Below, in pieces: positions 16,684 through 20,000 of a stretch of 20,000 nt of DNA (position 1 is the first letter of the stretch; each line of letters begins with the position of its first letter). The translations under genes and the position numbers were made by a program. Origin of the DNA: an uncultured virus (IMG/VR IMGVR_UViG_3300008120_000087) (lineage: Duplodnaviria > Heunggongvirae > Uroviricota > Caudoviricetes); the IMG/VR virus record IMGVR_UViG_3300008120_000087; one strand, given 5' to 3'. The notes below the pieces were generated by a model. That model did not search any database and was not told the origin of the DNA. It saw nothing but the letters and a program-made list of their open reading frames with translations.

Positions 16684-17111
16684 ATGTCGAAAATTATAAA
16701 ATTAACTGAATCCGACTTGTTGAATTTGGTTAAGAGAGTTATAAAAGAACAAGCACCTATGGCTCAAACAAAGGACAGAACATTCCAAACACAACTTACA
16801 AATACAGTGTAAAAGGGGTGTATGACCCAGGTTCATTTTTACCTAACGTGCCTTTTAATGTAATTTTGAGAAATGTTAGAAGAGACAGACAAGGAACATT
16901 ACTGGGAGAAGCTCAACCATCAGGTAATGCTATGAAAAAAATCATGAAAGAATTAATTCCTACCGACGCTCTGACCTCCGATGGATGGATGAAATTTAGA
17001 GTACCTCAAGACAAACTAAATGCGGGATTACAATCTTTGGCTGGTAATCAAGGAAAAAGTGCAACTATTGACGCGGGTAATGGTGTAAAAATTAAGCTCT
17101 CTTTAATTTAA
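16684..17111 (+). pseudogene. Cassette 4: LTE-leader gene split by a 1-nt frameshift
   Basis: MSKIIKLTESDLLNLVKRVIKEQ... stops at 16812 (42 aa). The -1 frame is open 16734-17111. The joined product would be about 142 aa. Confidence 0.7.
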
Positions 17112-17131
17112 TTATATTTTTTTAAAACAAG

Positions 17132-17160
17132 ACCCTCTTCTGAAAAGAAGGGGGTTTTTT
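17132..17160 (+). terminator. Array terminator, copy 3
   Basis: ACCCTCTTC-TGAAAA-GAAGGGGGT-TTTTT. Confidence 0.85.
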
Positions 17161-17221
17161 ATTTTAAAATTTTTGGGAAAAAATTCTCCTTTTTTGGTAT
17201 ATTTATTGGAAAATAAATTCT

Positions 17222-17662
17222 ATGTCAAAGATTATAAGATTAACAGAAAACGATTTGATTCGTTTGGTTAATAAAGTTATTAAAGAACAAAATACAAAGA
17301 CTGATGGTGAAAATGATATATATGGTGGTTTTTTAAATAAAATTAAAAATATACTTAGAGAAAAGGGATATAATAATGTAAAAAAACAGAAACTAAATAT
17401 CTATACCGAGAACCTTATTAGTATGGCAAAAGGAAACAACAAAGTTGAAAATTTTTCGGATGATGAAGGGGATTTTATACAATTGAGTAAAAATAATCAC
17501 CCTAATTATGAATTCAAAAAAATATATTTTAGTGGACTAAAAGACATTAATGGACCATACAAAGTTGAATATTATACAAGGGTTGGGGACGAGAAACCCA
17601 AATTAATTAAAACTGAAAATATGAATAGGGGTCAAGTATTCAAATTGATACAAAGTTTGTAA
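17222..17662 (+). CDS. Cassette 5: LTE leader + unknown domain
   Basis: MSKIIRLTENDLIRLVNKVIKEQ. Shares GPxxVEY...IKTE with cassette 1. Confidence 0.8.
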   Translation: MSKIIRLTENDLIRLVNKVIKEQNTKTDGENDIYGGFLNKIKNILREKGYNNVKKQKLNIYTENLISMAKGNNKVENFSDDEGDFIQLSKNNHPNYEFKKIYFSGLKDINGPYKVEYYTRVGDEKPKLIKTENMNRGQVFKLIQSL

Positions 17663-17692
17663 GATACTAATAATCTTAATTTATAGAACAAA

Positions 17693-17721
17693 ACCCTCTT
17701 CAATTACGAAGGGGGTTTTTT
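17693..17721 (+). terminator. Array terminator, copy 4
   Basis: ACCCTCTTC-AATTAC-GAAGGGGGT-TTTTT. Confidence 0.85.
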
Positions 17722-17752
17722 CATTTTAAAATTTTTGGGATATTTATTTCAT

Positions 17753-18052
17753 ATGAAAAAGATAGTAAAACTCACAGAATCTGACTTAACAAGATTGGTT
17801 AATAAGATAGTAAAGGAACAAAGAAGAGAGGATGACCCTACTGAAGATTATTTTAAAGTAATTGATATGGTTGCAAATCACGCAATGGATGAGGAGGAGG
17901 ATTTGGATGAGGTTGAAAGATGTATTAATGAAATTTATAAAATAATGCATGAGGCTTATCAAGACGACGATTTGACTGATGAACAAGCCGATGAGATTAT
18001 TGATTATGCAAAGGAGGTTGTTAAAGAATTGGAATCAATGTTTGATGAATAA
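17753..18052 (+). CDS. Cassette 6: LTE leader + highly acidic helical domain
   Basis: MKKIVKLTESDLTRLVNKIVKEQ. TATTTAT at 17741. Confidence 0.8.
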   Translation: MKKIVKLTESDLTRLVNKIVKEQRREDDPTEDYFKVIDMVANHAMDEEEDLDEVERCINEIYKIMHEAYQDDDLTDEQADEIIDYAKEVVKELESMFDE

Positions 18053-18076
18053 CATCATTGTGAATTATAGAACAAG

Positions 18077-18105
18077 ACCCTCTTCAATTTCGAAGGGGGT
18101 TTTTT
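18077..18105 (+). terminator. Array terminator, copy 5
   Basis: ACCCTCTTC-AATTTC-GAAGGGGGT-TTTTT. Confidence 0.85.
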
Positions 18106-18153
18106 CATTTAAAAATTTTTGGGAAAATTTTGTATTTATTATAAAATCAAATT

Positions 18154-18660
18154 ATGAATAGAAGTTATAGTAAAATCAGACACATACAAGAAGCCAACAT
18201 CAGATTGGAAAAGAGATTATTGAAAGAAGATGAATCTCAAGTTCTTGACGTGATTAATAATGAACTATCAACAGTTGGGGAAGAACCCGTATCGACTGAA
18301 GATATTGAATTTGCGTTGAACGATTGTCCACTTGAAACTCCTCCAACTGCGGATGAGAAACAAAAGACAATGCTTCAGAAAATCAAAGAACAAATCGATG
18401 GTCTGACTTCAGCCAAAGATGTTAAGGAGTTAATCAAAAAGGTTAAATCAATTTTCAAAAGAAAAACTCAAAGTGAACAAGTGGGAGAGATTGTAACAAT
18501 TGGTGCAATGGCAATCCCTGTTGTTTTCATTCAGGTGTTTGCAGGTATTATCATTTTAATGTTGGTTGTTAAACTAATCAAATTGATTGGTGGCAACACA
18601 AGAACGAGTAAGGAATGTAGACAAGCATCAAGAAGAATGAGAAAATATGGTCCGCTCTAA
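18154..18660 (+). CDS. Cassette 7: MNRS-type leader + C-terminal membrane segment
   Basis: MNRSYSKIRHIQEANIRLEKRLLKED. Hydrophobic IVTIGAMAIPVVFIQVFAGIIILMLVV. Confidence 0.8.
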   Translation: MNRSYSKIRHIQEANIRLEKRLLKEDESQVLDVINNELSTVGEEPVSTEDIEFALNDCPLETPPTADEKQKTMLQKIKEQIDGLTSAKDVKELIKKVKSIFKRKTQSEQVGEIVTIGAMAIPVVFIQVFAGIIILMLVVKLIKLIGGNTRTSKECRQASRRMRKYGPL

Positions 18661-18682
18661 TAAAACATTTCAAAATAACAAG

Positions 18683-18711
18683 ACCCTCTTCAATTACGAA
18701 GGGGGTTTTTT
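18683..18711 (+). terminator. Array terminator, copy 6
   Basis: ACCCTCTTC-AATTAC-GAAGGGGGT-TTTTT. Confidence 0.85.
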
Positions 18712-18744
18712 ATTTCCGAATATATTTATAATAAAATTAAAATT

Positions 18745-19218
18745 ATGAAACACATTTTAAACAATATTTCTGAAGAAGAAAAAAACGCCATCCGTGAACA
18801 ACATAAAGGTGGAATGAGAGTTTACAACGAGAAGTTCAAACAATTGGTTGAAACTAAACAAGGTGATGTAAAACCATATTTGACCGAATCAGCTGAAGCA
18901 CAATCAATGATTGATGCGGCAATACAAAAATTTGAAAGTGGTGCAAAACCTGACCCTAAAATACAGGAAAAAATCAAAAAATGTATCACATCAAAACAAC
19001 TCACAAGTTTAATGTTTTTAACTACAAGTGCTGGAGCTTATGCTCTTGGAATCGTTGCTATGTTAATTGCAAACCCTGTTGGATTGGTTGCTGGAGGTGT
19101 GTTGGCATTATCTTCACTAATTGTAATCTTTTTAACAGGATTACCTGAAGACCAAGGTGGTTTAGGTTCTGACCCAGCGAAAGATGTAAAAGCATTGTTA
19201 AGTTGTATTGGGATTTAA
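18745..19218 (+). CDS. Cassette 8: leader + hydrophobic helical hairpin
   Basis: MKHILNNISEEEKNAIREQH...YLTE, then AGAYALGIVAMLIANPVGLVAGGVLALSSLIVIFL. Confidence 0.8.
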   Translation: MKHILNNISEEEKNAIREQHKGGMRVYNEKFKQLVETKQGDVKPYLTESAEAQSMIDAAIQKFESGAKPDPKIQEKIKKCITSKQLTSLMFLTTSAGAYALGIVAMLIANPVGLVAGGVLALSSLIVIFLTGLPEDQGGLGSDPAKDVKALLSCIGI

Positions 19219-19242
19219 AAAAAAAATAATTTCTATAACAAG

Positions 19243-19271
19243 ACCCTCTTCATTCACGAAGGGGGTTTTTT
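19243..19271 (+). terminator. Array terminator, copy 7
   Basis: ACCCTCTTC-ATTCAC-GAAGGGGGT-TTTTT. Confidence 0.85.
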
Positions 19272-19295
19272 ATTTCCCAAAGTATTTATTGTAAT

Positions 19296-19946
19296 ATGAA
19301 ATACATTATCACAGAATCTCAATTGAAGACCATCATGATGGAACAAGGTTATTCAACAGATTACGAAAGACGTGAATTAAAGAAGGTTGATAATCAAGTC
19401 GCAGCTCAGAATAAATTGGGTAAGTTGGGTCCAAATTTGGATGCTGATGATTATGCTGATATTGTTTCAGGTTTGGTTGATGCTGTACCAGGAATTGGTA
19501 ATCTAATATCAATTGGTATTGATGTTACACATGCTCTCACATATGTTGTTAGGTATTTCTTTGCAAAGACAACTGAAGAAAAAATTGAAATGTCTTTATT
19601 GGCGGTTGTTACATTTGCTTCGTCACTAATTCCTGTTGGAGGTAATGCCTCAAACATTGCTGCGAGAGTGGAAGTAAAATCTTTATTAAAAAAGACACCG
19701 TTTGAACTTCGTGTGATTATGAAAAACATGGGTATAATAAAATCTGCAGGTTTCAACTTAGCAAAAGAACCTTGGAAATATTCCTTCATGATTGCTCTTG
19801 TAAAAATATTCAAATCAAAAGCCGCAGATGCTCTCGCTATTGTCTCAAGCAAACTCGCAGCTTTATCAAATAAATCAAAAGAGTTGAAACCTTATATTGA
19901 TGACTTCAATACACAAATCAAAGATGTTCAAACAATGTTGGCATAG
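19296..19946 (+). CDS. Cassette 9: ITESQL leader + pre-toxin TG-like hydrophobic region
   Basis: MKYIITESQLKTIMMEQ. D..SG..DAVPGIG...D...A..Y...SLIPVGG. Confidence 0.75.
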   Translation: MKYIITESQLKTIMMEQGYSTDYERRELKKVDNQVAAQNKLGKLGPNLDADDYADIVSGLVDAVPGIGNLISIGIDVTHALTYVVRYFFAKTTEEKIEMSLLAVVTFASSLIPVGGNASNIAARVEVKSLLKKTPFELRVIMKNMGIIKSAGFNLAKEPWKYSFMIALVKIFKSKAADALAIVSSKLAALSNKSKELKPYIDDFNTQIKDVQTMLA

Positions 19947-19966
19947 TAAAAACAATTATACTTATT

Positions 19967-19996
19967 AAACCCCTACTTCATACAGAGGGGTTTTTT
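19967..19996 (+). terminator. Divergent intrinsic terminator
   Basis: AAACCCCT-N11-AGGGGTTT followed by TTT. Confidence 0.7.
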
Positions 19997-20000
19997 ATTT

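Noticed and set aside
7470..17752. Long N-terminal extensions in the ORF track (7470, 13068, 15445, 16269, 17735; likewise 1539 and 10109)
   Set aside because: They start at TTG/GTG codons and run through promoter or terminator motifs. Downstream ATGs align with the leaders and motif spacing.
15901..19271. Repeated ~29-bp palindrome as a CRISPR array
   Set aside because: The spacers are about 350-660 bp and contain whole genes, the repeat has a U-tail and variable loop typical of terminators, and no cas genes are present.
15901..19271. Hairpins as true integron attC sites
   Set aside because: No RYYYAAC/GTTRRRY ends, stems too short, and no integrase in the window.
341..19852. Antisense or nested ORFs (e.g. 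341-556, 3084-3269, 5883-6119, 9476-9964, 14315-14705, 19451-19852)
   Set aside because: Shadows of well-supported genes with no motifs or expression signals.
1..20000. Stop-codon reassignment as seen in some large phages
   Set aside because: Recognisable genes are full length in the standard code, and TAA, TAG and TGA all occur at plausible gene ends.
1..20000. tRNA, rRNA or transposase genes
   Set aside because: No cloverleaf, rRNA-like or transposase motifs were recognised by eye; tRNAscan-SE would be needed to exclude tRNAs formally.

Overview
AT-rich, gene-dense segment that looks like a large (T4-like/jumbo) phage of Bacteroidota. The host inference rests on several exact TTTG-N19-20-TAnnTTTG promoters. 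Left part (1-10.4 kb): glf, a DIP1984-like gene followed by a probable structured RNA, HExxH and ParB-like genes, and an operon of degenerate umuD, flavodoxin-like reductase, thioesterase, umuC and two sulfotransferases. It continues with a GNAT-like gene, a PG-binding/tyrosine-phosphatase/SGNH fusion and a C39 peptidase. Middle (11.4-15.5 kb): two convergent GIY-YIG (T5orf172-type) genes tied to two covarying ~95-nt hairpin elements, three palindromes at an exact 28-bp period, DnaA-type boxes and G/C-tract clusters (candidate origin or terminus). Right part (15.4-20 kb): an array of nine single-gene cassettes. Most junctions carry the terminator ACCCTCTTC-N6-GAAGGGGGT(T)n and an AAATTTTTGGGA motif, and most genes have a TATTTAT promoter-like motif. 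Eight of the nine encode a short, reused N-terminal leader rich in (I/L/V)xE motifs fused to variable cargo. The best candidate new system is a modular, shufflable virion-cargo system with leader-directed packaging. All calls come from manual motif reading; no database searches were run.
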